This document shows positions 49,105-64,000 of a DNA stretch of 64,000 nt, piece after piece. Below the pieces are notes generated by a model, which ran no database searches, was not told the DNA's origin, and saw only the letters and a program-made list of their open reading frames with translations. Numbering within the stretch: the stretch's first letter is position 1; each line of letters opens with the position of its first letter. Origin of the DNA: the human T2T-CHM13v2.0 reference genome, Homo sapiens. The stretch lies in assembly GCF_009914755.1 (NCBI RefSeq), contig NC_060931.1; one strand, given 5' to 3'. The position numbers and the translations under genes were made by a program.

Positions 49105-49711
49105 CTCTCTCTCCCTCTCTCCCTTTCCCTCCCTGTCTCCCCTTTACTTTCTCCCTCTATCTCCCCCTTTCTCTTTTTCTCTTTCTCCCTGTCCTTCTCT
49201 CTCTCCCTTTTTCTTTCTCTCTCTCTCCCTCCCTTTCCCTCTCTCTCTTCCCTCCCTCTCTCCCCTTTACTTTCTCTCTCTCTCCCCCTTTCTCTTTTTC
49301 TCTCTTTCTCCCTGTCCTTCTCTCTCTCCCTTTTTCTCTCTCTCCCTCCCTCTCCCTCTATCTCTGTCTCTTTTTATCTTTATTTCTTCCTCTCTCTATC
49401 CCTTTCCCTCTTTCCTCCTCTTCCTCTCCCCCCCTCCCTCTTTTACTTCCTCTCTGTCTCTCTCCCTGTCTCTCATCTCTTTCTGTTTTTCCTCCCTCTC
49501 TCCCTCTCTTCCTGTTTCTCTCTCATTTCTACCTCTCTCTCATCTCTCTCCCTCTCCCTTTTTCCTCCCTCTTTCCCTCTTTCTCTTTCTGTCTCTCCCT
49601 TATCTCTACCTCTTTCTTCCTCTCCTCTCTCCCCTCCCTTCCTCCTTCACTCTCTACCTCCCTCCCTCTCTCCTTCTCCCTCTCCTTCCCTCTCTTTTCC
49701 ACCCTTTCCTT
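49105..49711. repeat. Polypyrimidine (CT-rich) tract, about 600 bp
   Basis: Nearly all C and T. Confidence 0.97.
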
Positions 49712-49930
49712 GACCTCACACTCTGCAATCTCAGGCAAGGAGAAGATAAAAAGATACTAAGGTCAAGGAGACTTGACCCAAACTCTATTAGGACAATACC
49801 TGTAGCCATGTTTAACATGAGCAAATAGGGAATAAAGTCTTAGCACTAGCACTTGTGCTAAATAACTAGCAAAGAATATATATCAAAGGAAGAAAAGCAG
49901 CATGAAAAATACAGGCAAAGACACTTTACA

Positions 49931-50213
<283 letters not shown>

Positions 50214-51061
50214 ACGACACTCTTCAGGTCTCTTGCTTTAGGATTGGATAGATATCCTGGGAAACGTTTCACTATGAAACAAGTAGATGCTGGGTATCCC
50301 ACAGCAAATATAGCTCTGAATGCACAGAAAATTTCACAAGAAATTAAAGAAGGTTTCCAGGGATCGAAATGAAATAGGAGCTCATGCCAGAGTGGTGAGT
50401 ACAACCATAAGCCAAAGCTGCCCTGGGGTGCGTGCGCTGGTGTCCGTATCCTGGACTTGGGTTTTGATGGCTTGGCCAGGAATAAGAGACCAAGTTTTCC
50501 ATACGTCCTTGGTGAAGCATTGGAACTGAGACTCCTTACATCAGTGAGGACCCCACAAGAGCTATGCCTATAATACGAAGCTGAGCTAGGGAAAAAAAAA
50601 AATCCTTCCTCAAGCAAAGGAACCCAAAACAAACGCAAACATGTTTGTCTTGGCCAAGACGGTGAGTAGAGGAGGTCTCCTCTGAGAATGTGTAATCAAG
50701 CCCTGTCCTTATGTGAGTATGGTGTTGAATTTACTCTCTGATTGCTCCAGGAAACCCAAGGTAAGTGACTAGACTGAAGACGCACCATGCTGATAGCAGT
50801 CCTAAGAGAAAGACCTAAGAGAAACCAACACAAATCCTGTTGTAGAGGAAATCATTTCTATCCCAGGCTCTTCAGGAATCTCAAATAGAAAAGCCAGTCA
50901 CATATGAGTTCACAATCAAAAATCATAAAAGACATGAGGACAAAAGTCACCTTCCTCAAGAGCCAGTAAGATTAATATACAATACAGTCTCAAGAACCAA
51001 GAACTTTTAGTGTTAGAGTTATCAGATACAGATTGTAAAATAACTGCATTTAAAATATTTA

Positions 51062-51393
<332 letters not shown>

Positions 51394-51463
51394 ACATTTA
51401 AAGAAATAAAATGTATAATAAAAAATGACTGCAAATTTAGAGGCTCCCAAAATAACCACTGTG

Positions 51464-51501
51464 GTATTTGTGGTATAGTGGTTAGCATAGCTTCCTTCCA
51501 A
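51464..51501 (+). pseudogene. tRNA-Gly(TCC) 5'-half tailless retropseudogene
   Basis: GTGGTATAGTGGTTAGCATAGCTTCCTTCCAA matches tRNA-Gly-TCC from the acceptor stem to the anticodon loop; flanked by direct repeat CCAAAATAACCA. Confidence 0.88.
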
Positions 51502-51618
51502 AATAACCATATAACTTTAAAAAAAAAATAGAACTTCTAAACATGAACTATAAAATCATTAAAATTCAGAATTCAATGTGGTTTAAAGAGCTGAATGAAC
51601 ACAACTGAAAAGAGAATT

Positions 51619-51885
<267 letters not shown>

Positions 51886-52114
51886 TTAATGAACTGAAAG
51901 AGATTACCCAGAATGTAGCACAAAGAGACGAAGAAAGAATAATTTGGTCTAATATACACCTAATCAATGTTCCAAAACAAGAAAGCATATAGAACACAGA
52001 AGAGAAAATATTAAGAGAAGTGATGGCTGAGAATTTTAAAAAAATAGTGGAAGATGTAAATCTTCAGATTTAGATACTACAACAAATCTAAAGCAGGAGC
52101 CATAAAGAGACTAT

Positions 52115-52489
52115 TGTATCAGTCTGTTATTGCATTGCTATAAAGAATTACCTGAGACTGGGTAATTTATGAGAAAATAGGTTTAATTGGCTCATGGTTC
52201 TATAGGCTGTATAGGAAGCATGGCTGGCAGGCCTCAGGAAACTTACAGCCATGGCAGAAGGTAAGGGAGAAGCAGGCACATCTTCACATGGCCAGAGAAG
52301 GAGGAAGAGCGAGAGAAGGGGCAGGTGCTACACACCAGCTCTTGTGAGAACTCACTCACCATCACGGGAACAGCAAGTGGGAAATCTGCTCCCTGTGATC
52401 CAATCACCTCCCACCAGGCCCCTCCTCCAACATTGGGGATTATAACTTGACATGAGATTCGGTCAGGGACACAAATCCAAGCCATATCT
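52115..52489 (-). mobile_element. MSTA solo LTR inserted in L1, TSD ACTAT/ACCAT
   Basis: MST body; L1 continues on both sides. Confidence 0.9.
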
Positions 52490-53101
52490 ACCATCCAAGA
52501 TACAGCATAGTAAAACCACAGAACACCAAAGGAAAAGGAAAAAAAAAACAATCTTTTTTGGCCAGTGAGAAATGACAGTTTCTCACTAATTAAACCACCG
52601 CCAGAAATCTTTAGCAACAACTATAAAATTCAGAAAATTATAGAATAATAACTTTAAAGCACCAAAAGACTCTCATTTTTTCTAATGTGTCAGCACTAAG
52701 CAAGTCTAAGAACTTTAAATATAATTTTATAAAATGGACATAAGAAGATGGCCCAACGAGAACTAAATTGGAATTTTTTTTTACTGGTTCATCAAGATGG
52801 GGGCTTACATTTAAAAATAAATATAAAAATAATAGGATGTGCTATTTCTTACCCACCTTCCCCCACAAAAAAAAAAAAATTTAGAGAAAATATACCTAGC
52901 TAAACTATCATTCCATCCAAGATATAACATTAACCAATGACAAAGTCAAGAAATTCTGAGAGCCTGTGACCAACAGGTCCTCACTAAGGAACTATCCAAA
53001 GAATATACTTCAGGAGAGAGGAGATGACCTAGAAGGAGAGTCCAAGATTCAAGAAAAAATGGTAACTAAGTAAAGCAATAATCACATCAGAAGATCTAAA
53101 G

Positions 53102-53298
53102 CAAGTGTTGACAAACTATGGACCAAATCCAGTACATTGCCTATTTTTGTAAATAAAACTTTCTTGAAACACAACCACTCTTATTTGTTTATGGTTTTAT
53201 GGCCGTTTCTGTAGTACAACAGCAGAGTTGAGTAACTGTGACATAGACCTTGTGGCCAGAAAATCTGTCCCTGCACAGAAAACTTCTGCTGACCCCTG
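53102..53298. mobile_element. MER58A hAT-Charlie element with 8-bp TSD ATCTAAAG
   Basis: GTTGACAAACTATGG...TTTTGTAAATAAA...GCTGACCCCTG; perfect 8-bp TSD. Confidence 0.88.
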
Positions 53299-53520
53299 AT
53301 CTAAAGCATTTGCAAAACAACTGATTTGTGGGTTAAAAGAAAAAAAATCAGCATAAAATTAAATATTGATCTACAATAATATGTAAAACAGAGGATAAGT
53401 TATTTAAAGTATTCTAAGGTCTATGATTGTTCAGAGATAGAAATATTCTATTTAACTTTGGTCTCTAAGTTACTTAAGCATATCAAAATTTTAAGGGTAC
53501 TGACTAAAAGAATAGAATAG

Positions 53521-53935
<415 letters not shown>

Positions 53936-54048
53936 TCAAATAGAAAGCAGAAACTATAATGCAAGAAAGAAGATTAAATATATCAGTAAATGTAATGGAG
54001 TGACTAATATTTTCCAGTAAATAGAGAATGTCAGATTGAGTTTAAAAA

Positions 54049-54096
54049 TACACACACACACACACATACACACACACACACCACACACACACACAT
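54049..54096. repeat. Interrupted (CA)n microsatellite
   Basis: Seen directly. Confidence 0.95.
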
Positions 54097-54953
54097 ATAT
54101 ACTAGTATACAAATGAGAGTTTGAAAGGCAAAAAAAATCTGGCATAATTTACTGATATCAGAGAAAATAAACTTTAAAGCAAGCAAGTATTATTATGAAT
54201 AAAAAGGATTGCTATCATGATCAAAGGTTTGCTTCCCCAGGAAGGTAGTTTTATATTTGTTCATGATTAGTAGCACAATCTCATTTATAAGATAAAAATT
54301 ACAGAACTACATGAGAAATTGTCAAATCCTTCAACAGAATGGAATAGGAAAACACACCTTTCCTAGGAATAAATAAAGCAAGCAGTAAATTACGGAAGGG
54401 TTGAACTACACAATTAACAAGCTTGACCTAATGAATATGCGTATGTGCGTCCCTGCACCAAACAATTAGGGGAATCATATTCCTCTCAACCACTCATGAA
54501 ACATTTATAAAAACTGACCACACTGTAAGTCAGAAAGTTCTTTAAATTTTTGTAGGACTGGCATCTAATAGACCACATTCACCAAAATTTAATGGTTAGA
54601 AATCAGCAATAAAAAGGTAACTAAATCCCATGCATTTAGACATTTCAAAAACATACCTTAAAAAGATCTTTTTATTCTGAAAATCACAAGCACACTTTAA
54701 TTCGTGGGTCAAAGAGGAAATTAGCATGGGAGTGTTTCACTACTTGAGACTGAACCATAATAAAATCTTATACATTTAAAGTGTTAGTATGCACTAAAGC
54801 AATACTCATAGGGAAATGTATAATCCTAACTGCTTATATCAAAAAGATAAAGAGTAAAAATTAATGATCAAATCATCTAATGTAAGAAGTTAGTGACAGA
54901 ACACAGAATAAACTTGAGGAAAGTAGCAGGAAGAAAATAATAAACATAGAAAT

Positions 54954-55254
<301 letters not shown>

Positions 55255-55344
55255 GATGAAAGGAATGAAGTCTAAAATAAAGATACAATAGATACAATAG
55301 AAAAAATTGTCAAAGCCAAAAATAGCTTCTTGGGAAAGACACAG

Positions 55345-55745
55345 AATGAAAAATGCTACATGATTTCACTTACATGTGAAATCCAAAACAAACAAACAAA
55401 CAAAAACAACACTTGAATATGTAGAAATAGAGAATAGAACAGTGGTTACCAGGGGTGGGGGAGTGGGGAGATGGGGAGATGGAAGTCAAAGTGTACAAAG
55501 TTACAGTTATACAGAATGAATAAGTCTGGAGAGCCGATATATAACATCAAGACTGTAGTTAATAGTATTGCACTGTATACTGAAAATTTGCTAAGAAGGT
55601 AGATTTTAGGTACTTTCACCATGAAAAATAGCTAACTATGTGGGATGATGAATATTTTAATTTGTCTGTAATAATCATTTTACTATGTATATGTATATCG
55701 AAGCATTTTGTACACCAGAAATATATACAATAAAAAAAATAAATA
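55345..55745 (+). mobile_element. L1MA-type 3' end
   Basis: TAGAACAGTGGTTACCAGGGG...TTAATAGTATTG...AAATATATACAATAAAAAAA. Confidence 0.85.
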
Positions 55746-55793
55746 TTCCATTGAGAGCATTTAAAAAAAAAGTGGGGGAAAGGCATCATATCA

Positions 55794-56418
<625 letters not shown>

Positions 56419-56771
56419 ATTTTTAATTAAAACAAATTTTAAAAGAGAACAGATTAAATAAAGATAACAAGAAAGATGATGTACATAGTAAGAAAACCAG
56501 AAACATCCTAATATCTAAAAACAGAAGAAGAAATGGACATTGTCTTGGGGGGAGAAAGTTTATCCAGGTCACTCAAGAAGAAAGAGGAGACTTGAACACT
56601 CCTGAAATAACTAAACAGATTGAATCTGTACCTTATCCAATAACAAAGAACAAACTCACAGAAATGCCCCCAAATAAGTATATAAGCTTTTGGTTTTGTA
56701 AGTTTTTTTCTTTTATTCCTATTCATCACTTACAGTAAAGTTATTCATAGCCTATAAAGCTAAGATCTTCA

Positions 56772-56827
56772 GCTACCAAATCTGATGACTGGAGATTATC
56801 TGCTACCAAATCTGATAATTGGAGATT
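56772..56827. repeat. 30-bp tandem duplication
   Basis: GCTACCAAATCTGAT(GAC/AAT)TGGAGATT occurs twice. Confidence 0.9.
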
Positions 56828-58392
56828 CAGGGAAAACTGCGTAACCAGATACTTCAAACTTCAAGAGAATCAGTCATTCGATCTCATAAACAGCATGTAA
56901 GTTCCCTAAAACAACAGAGTAAGGCATTGATGTTTAAGGAACTTCGACCCAACACTTGGGAAAAGTTGAGTTTCACGTTAAAGATGCGAAGAGTCAATGA
57001 GATGTTAAGTGGCCCAGATAAGAAATTAAGATCTTCCATCCCCTGAGTTTTCCCATGAAACCCAAAGTGAATCTAAAAAGTCCCCAAAATCTTTCTGGAG
57101 CAGATGTTCAAAGCGTCCCAGGCTGTAGTTCTGTAGTTCTCTGAGCTACAAGTTTCACCCCTCACTTGGGCTAAAATTCCCCCTTTAATGTCTCCAGGGC
57201 ACTCATGGCAAACCCTCAATTCCCACCTCGCTCCCCCGTCAAAAAGCTGCTTGCTTTTTGCCTCAGAAACCTGGAAAAAGTGAAGAGCAGGTGGTTTTGG
57301 AGTGTCAGAACTGAAAACGAATGTTTAGCCTTGGAATGAAGAGGGAGCTGGTAGGCACAGGAGACTGAGATCTCAAGACAGCTCTTCTAGCACACATAGA
57401 AGGAAAGAGCTATGCCCCAGTATCCAAGGGCACTTCTAAGATGCTACTTAATCCTGTTATGCCTGGTAGTCATGGGCAGTGGACAAGAAAGAAGGACAGG
57501 AACACAATACAGCCATGGTCTTTTCCTACCCAACCCCACCCTGTGACCCCACCTGTCCACATTCAGCACAAGCTTAGTGAATGCAATTAAACTTCCATGC
57601 CCAATCCACTGGAAACTGGAAATGTGGCTTGTAAATGACCCACCTTCTTCTGCTATGATGGTGCCTATTGAAGCCAGTATTGCACTCTGTAACAACCAGC
57701 GGGGAACTATGGAAAAGGCAAGACTTGGAAGGACCAGGGACCAGAGCTTATATCCTGCATCGGGGTGGTCTCACATCTCACCATTTAGGATATGCCTCAG
57801 CAAAATTTAATTTTAATGTACCGTTACAGAAGCTTTCGTTGAAAACTCCAATCCCTGCAGACTTGCTATTGGCCCTGGAGTCATAGCATTGCCTTGTTTC
57901 TTGGCTGAGGCAGCCCTGGGCATGACTTGAAGTTCCCGTGGTCCTGGAAGTTTCTGTTGCAAGCTATCACTGCCTCTACAGACCTGGCAGCACTGTGGCA
58001 GGTACTACTGTCACTAGCAGGAATGGCCAAAGAGCATCTTGCCTCATACCTGTGCCCTGTACCTCTTTCTCTGTCATTCCAGGGCTCCCACATTGCTGTT
58101 GGGGTACAGGATGCCTCAGGACCCACTAAGCACTTAGCCTGGAAATTCTGGGTAAACTTTGAACAGTGGAAGACAGATGTCAATAGATCATTTCTTTCAT
58201 CCCTTTCCCTCTTGGCAACGTGGCCTCTCTGAAGACAACCCGAGAAACTGAGATATCACCATTGACGTTGTGCAAAGTGGGCAATACATGTCCTTATATT
58301 TGCTCTCCCTCCTTTTGGGCTGACTCCTGCTACCCTGGGATGGCACTCCCCAATAACGTGTTGAGCTTTAAGCCCTGAAGCTTAAGACACTA

Positions 58393-58701
<309 letters not shown>

Positions 58702-59304
58702 TTATCTTTGTCACTTTGTGCTGCCACCTTTAGAAACTGCCCTCCTAGTTTTATGGGCCATGAGCCCAAACCAACGCTGACCACTCACACAGTACTCCAG
58801 CCCACCCCTTCCCCAGTCCCACCCTCACACTAAATCCATTAGAGAACTAAGCAATAGATTATGTACAAAACAAAGACTCAGCTTCAACTTCTGCAAAAGA
58901 GCTTTCTACTTGAGCATGCCACAAACATACTTTTGTCCTGTAGCCAGAAAGGGAACACTGAAGAATCTGTTTTCAAGCAAAGTCTCGTTCAACAAAATAT
59001 GAGCTAAGGGGGAAGGAGTGGCACCATGCTTCAAGGCAGATTGTCATCACAAATTAAAGCATTTTAACACTCAAATATAATAGCTTATTTTCTGACAGCT
59101 GGGTGGCTTCCTCAGATTTTATTAACAAGAAAAAAAATTAATTGTATAAAATCAGAATGTTTGAAAGTAATTTCTCTCATCACACATAAGGGTGATATAA
59201 AACAGAGATATAATAGAAAATTAAAAACTTTGCTAGTCCACTAGGTATTATGTCACATCTTATGGTCCTGAATCACTAGATTTCAAAAAAAGAAAAGCAA
59301 ATGA

Positions 59305-59614
<310 letters not shown>

Positions 59615-59804
59615 TAAAATAAAATATTTTTACATGAAATATTTTCTTTAATGATTAGAATTTTAATTAATAGACAGAAACACAGGAGGATATTATATAG
59701 CCCTAGTGGCCATTCTCTTCTATATCGAATGTTGCCACCTCATGATTAGGAACAGAGAGGTCTTGTGATGTTTGTTGGTTCTTTAATAAACCACAAGACA
59801 TGAG

Positions 59805-60107
59805 TTTTTCTTTTTATTTTCTTTCTTTTTTTTTTTTTTTGAAGTGGGATCTCACTCTGTTGCCCAGACTAGAGTACAGTAGCTCCATCATAGCTCACTG
59901 CAGCCTCCATCTCCTGGGCTCAAGGGATCCTCCCAGCTCAGTCACCTGAGTAGCTGAGACTAGAGGCATGCCGGCCACCATGCTTGGCTAATGTTTGTAT
60001 TTTTTGTAGAGACAGACAGGGTCTTGCTGTGTTGCCCAGGCTGGTCTTGAACTCCTGAGCTCAAGCGATATAATCACCTCGGGGTCTCACTATGTTGCCC
60101 AGGCTGG
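59805..60107 (-). mobile_element. AluJ with rearranged left arm
   Basis: GGGTCT..CT.TGTTGCCCAGGCTGG repeated at the end. Confidence 0.88.
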
Positions 60108-60477
60108 ATATGAGTGTTTCTATGGGAACATTTATGTCTTTTTCATAAATTCGTTCTCCTTTTTCAATGATGCTAAATATACAGCACAAATATCAATACT
60201 AACATGAAATTTGAAAGGAGACGTGTGCTTTATACAAGCAAATGTGGTCAGTCATTGCTATTTATCCAACTTTTCAAACAGACTCACAAAGATAAGCATG
60301 GAAGATTACAACTACACAAGTGTGCTAAATGTGCTGCCTCATGTGAGATCCTGAATAGGTGGAAGATAGGTAGATACCCTCCATTCATTCAAAGGGACAA
60401 ACAAAAACATTTACTGAGCATGGCTATCTCCCAGACACTGGACTTATCATTCTATATACATTATTTCCTCTGACTCT

Positions 60478-60917
60478 GTAATAGTTAGGGTAACGTTAGC
60501 TGCTCTAACAAATAAACCCCCCAAGTCTCCGTGGATCATCACCCTCTCCTCTAATTATCTACTGTAGATGTTCCTGGTTAATGCACATATTTTTTCCATA
60601 CAGTGAATCCAGGACTTGGTTTTTTTTCCATCTGTGGCCTCCACCTGTATCTCCCAGGATCCTGGAGTCTTCTTCGGTTTTCTCCCAGTTGGCAGGCAAG
60701 AGAAGAAGACGTGGAGGAGGCATCCAGTCGTCTAAATGTGTTGGCTCATATGTACACAGATCACGCCTGTCCACGTGGTGAGCCTAGTTCCAGCCTCACC
60801 TGGATACAAGATGAGAACCAGCAAATGCATCACCTGGTTAGACGCCACCCAGAAACAACTGTACATTACATAAAGGGAAGTGCATGTTTTAGGGCAAAAC
60901 TAGCCATCTCTGCAACA
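60478..60917 (-). mobile_element. Old MLT1 (J/K-like) LTR
   Basis: GTTAGCTGCTCTAACAAATAAACCCC...CTAGCCATCTCTGCAACA. Confidence 0.6.
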
Positions 60918-60922
60918 AATGC

Positions 60923-61077
60923 TCTCTCTTTCTCTCTCTTCCTCCTTCCTTTTCTCCCTCTCTCTCCCCCTCTCTCCCTCCCTCTCTTCCTCCCTGTATC
61001 TCTCTCCCTCCTCCTTCCTCCCTCTTCTTTTTTTCTCTCTCTCTCTCCCTCATTCTCTCTCCCTCTTTCTCTCTCTC
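60923..61077. repeat. CT-rich low-complexity tract
   Basis: Seen directly. Confidence 0.95.
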
Positions 61078-61853
61078 AAACACATATACCTACAGCTGTG
61101 CACACACAAACAAACACTATGAAGTCGGCATATTTTCTTTTCCATTTTACTAATGACAAAATGAACCAAGAGAAGTCTTATACATTCTCTGAGGTCTCAG
61201 AGTAAATGGGTTGTGATAATAATCCCAGTCTGGGAGACTCTAAAATCCTGACTCTTTCTAATGTATCATGTGATTTATAACAATAATTTGTACAGCCCCT
61301 TTGATAGAAAAGTGCTTAGGGCTTATTGGGAACTGGTGTGTGAAGTGACATGTCCTCCCTCAGTTCATATAAATAATGTATTTCTTACCATCTTACCAAT
61401 CAATTTGGATTGAATTAGTATGTATCCCAAAGGGCTTGAACAAACGACATATTTATTTATTTACTTATGAGGTTTTTTTTTTCAGATTCATTTTAGAGAA
61501 CAGCAAAATATTTTTATAGCATAATTTTTAACATGGCAAAAATTATTTTACAAGATACATTGGTTTGGTTGTAATTTGAATGGAATACTTATATTCATAA
61601 TGTTTTAAACAACTTTGATTCGGTTTATGGTTCACTAAAAATAAAAGTGATACTTGGAATTGGTTCTGCCTGGGTTCAGGAAATTAATGTGGTTAGTTCT
61701 GGTTTATAGTTCAATGGAGTTCTGGGTCCTGGTAAAAACAGAGTCTCATTTCAAGCAAAATAGATTGCTACATGTTTTTAAAAATATCTTTCACTGTAAA
61801 GTTGTTTCCTTGTGCTTTGAGGCAGTACATCTTTGATAAGATGAACAGCCCTG

Positions 61854-62146
61854 GGCCAGGTGTGGTGGCTCATGCCTGTAAGCCCAGCACTTTGGGAGAC
61901 CGAGGCAGGAGAATCACTTGAGGCCAGGAGCTCGAGACAAGACTGGGCAAGATAGAGAGACCCTGTCTTACACAAAAATAAAAAAAAATATATTAGCCAA
62001 GCATGGTGGTGATCGCCTGTAGATGCGGCTATTTGAGAGGCTGAGGCAGGAGGACGGCTTGAGCCCAGGAATTCAAGGCTGCAGTGAGCTATGATGGTGC
62101 CAGTGCACTCCAGCCTGGGTGACACAGCAAGACCCTGTCTCAAAAA
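61854..62146 (+). mobile_element. AluJ
   Basis: Dimer. Confidence 0.9.
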
Positions 62147-62631
62147 GAGTGGTATTTCTGAGTTGAGGTTTCCGGAGAACCTCACCTGGAAAGTAAGCAT
62201 GAACATGTTCCAGCTATTTGGATCAGTATAATGATCCAATCCAAAACTTAGTGACATAAAACAGCCATTGCATTATGCTCATGGATTCTGTAGGTCTGAA
62301 ATTTAAGAAGGACACTGGAGAACAGCTTGTCTCTGTTCTACAATGTCTGGGGCCTCAGCTAGAAAGCCTCGAAGGCTGTGAGTGACATGACAGCTAGAGG
62401 CTGAAACCATTTGAAGAAATCTGGGGGTTGATACTGACTAGGACCTCAGATGAATCTGTTGGCTAGGACATCACCATGTGACCTCCCCACATGGCCTGGG
62501 TTTTCTCATTGCATGGTGGCTGCATTCCAAGAGCAAATATCTCAAGAGAACAAAGCAGAAGTGAAGGACATTTTAATGACCTACTTGAGAAATCATATGG
62601 CATCATTTCCACCATCCTCTATTGGTGGAGG

Positions 62632-63505
<874 letters not shown>

Positions 63506-64000
63506 GAGGCAATTGCAAAGCTCTTCCTAGGCTCCAGGCCAGGAGACAGGGAACACATCATTAAATGAAAGGGTTGTCAAGGTCACATGTTGGAAGAGGC
63601 TGCGGGAGGGGAGAGATTGCTCTATCTTTGGAAAATACAGTCTACTATCAGGAATTCAAGTGATACAGTCAAGAAGGTGGCAGCTGCCTCTCCACTGTTT
63701 CTCTTAAGTTGCTGCTGTTCCCTGAATCACCGCAGGTGTGGCCATGCTTCTTCACCATTCTTCCCCACAGTGGAAGCCAGGCCAGACTATAATGCTTGAT
63801 GGACTTCGAGAAAGGCTTGGAATTAACAAGAGAATGACAATGCTGACAACTTCCCTCTATAGACTAGCTGTAGCTGTTCTCAGATGCACAGACTTGGCCC
63901 CTGAAGAGTAGAACTCTCATTCCCAAGGTCCTGGAATGCCACCAGGTTGTAAGAGTCAGCCTCTCTCCCAACAGCAGCAATACCCAGGAAGGTAGCTCCT

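Noticed and set aside
48811-49828. 300-aa and 242-aa ORFs
   Set aside because: Most of their length is the CT-rich tract, and there is no recognisable domain.
51464-51501. Functional tRNA gene
   Set aside because: The 3' half and B box are absent.

Overview
This is primate (most likely human) non-coding DNA, intergenic or deep intronic, and heavily filled with repeats. It holds about 50 Alu copies, many solo LTRs (MLT2, MST/THE1, MLT1, MER4-group, MER41, MER49, MER21), fossil DNA transposons (MER6, MER1, MER5A, MER58, MER82, Tigger), old L1/L2/MIR fragments and long simple repeats. No protein-coding gene is supportable: the long ORFs come from microsatellites or Alus. There are two small-RNA retrocopies, a U6 pseudogene and a tailless 5' half of tRNA-Gly-TCC, both with target-site duplications (TSDs). 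I found no clear new biological system. The four most notable structures are: (1) a composite MST LTR at 26.9-27.8 kb, bounded by one TSD, that carries a copy of an L1/LTR junction from 25 kb away; (2) a MER4-group LTR holding two convergent MER41B LTRs with three intact STAT/GAS motifs; (3) locally amplified trimeric and tetrameric Alus; (4) a MIR lying between MER82 termini. Repeat family and subfamily names come from recalled consensus sequences, and most boundaries are approximate (about 10-20 bp). Both should be confirmed with RepeatMasker/Dfam.
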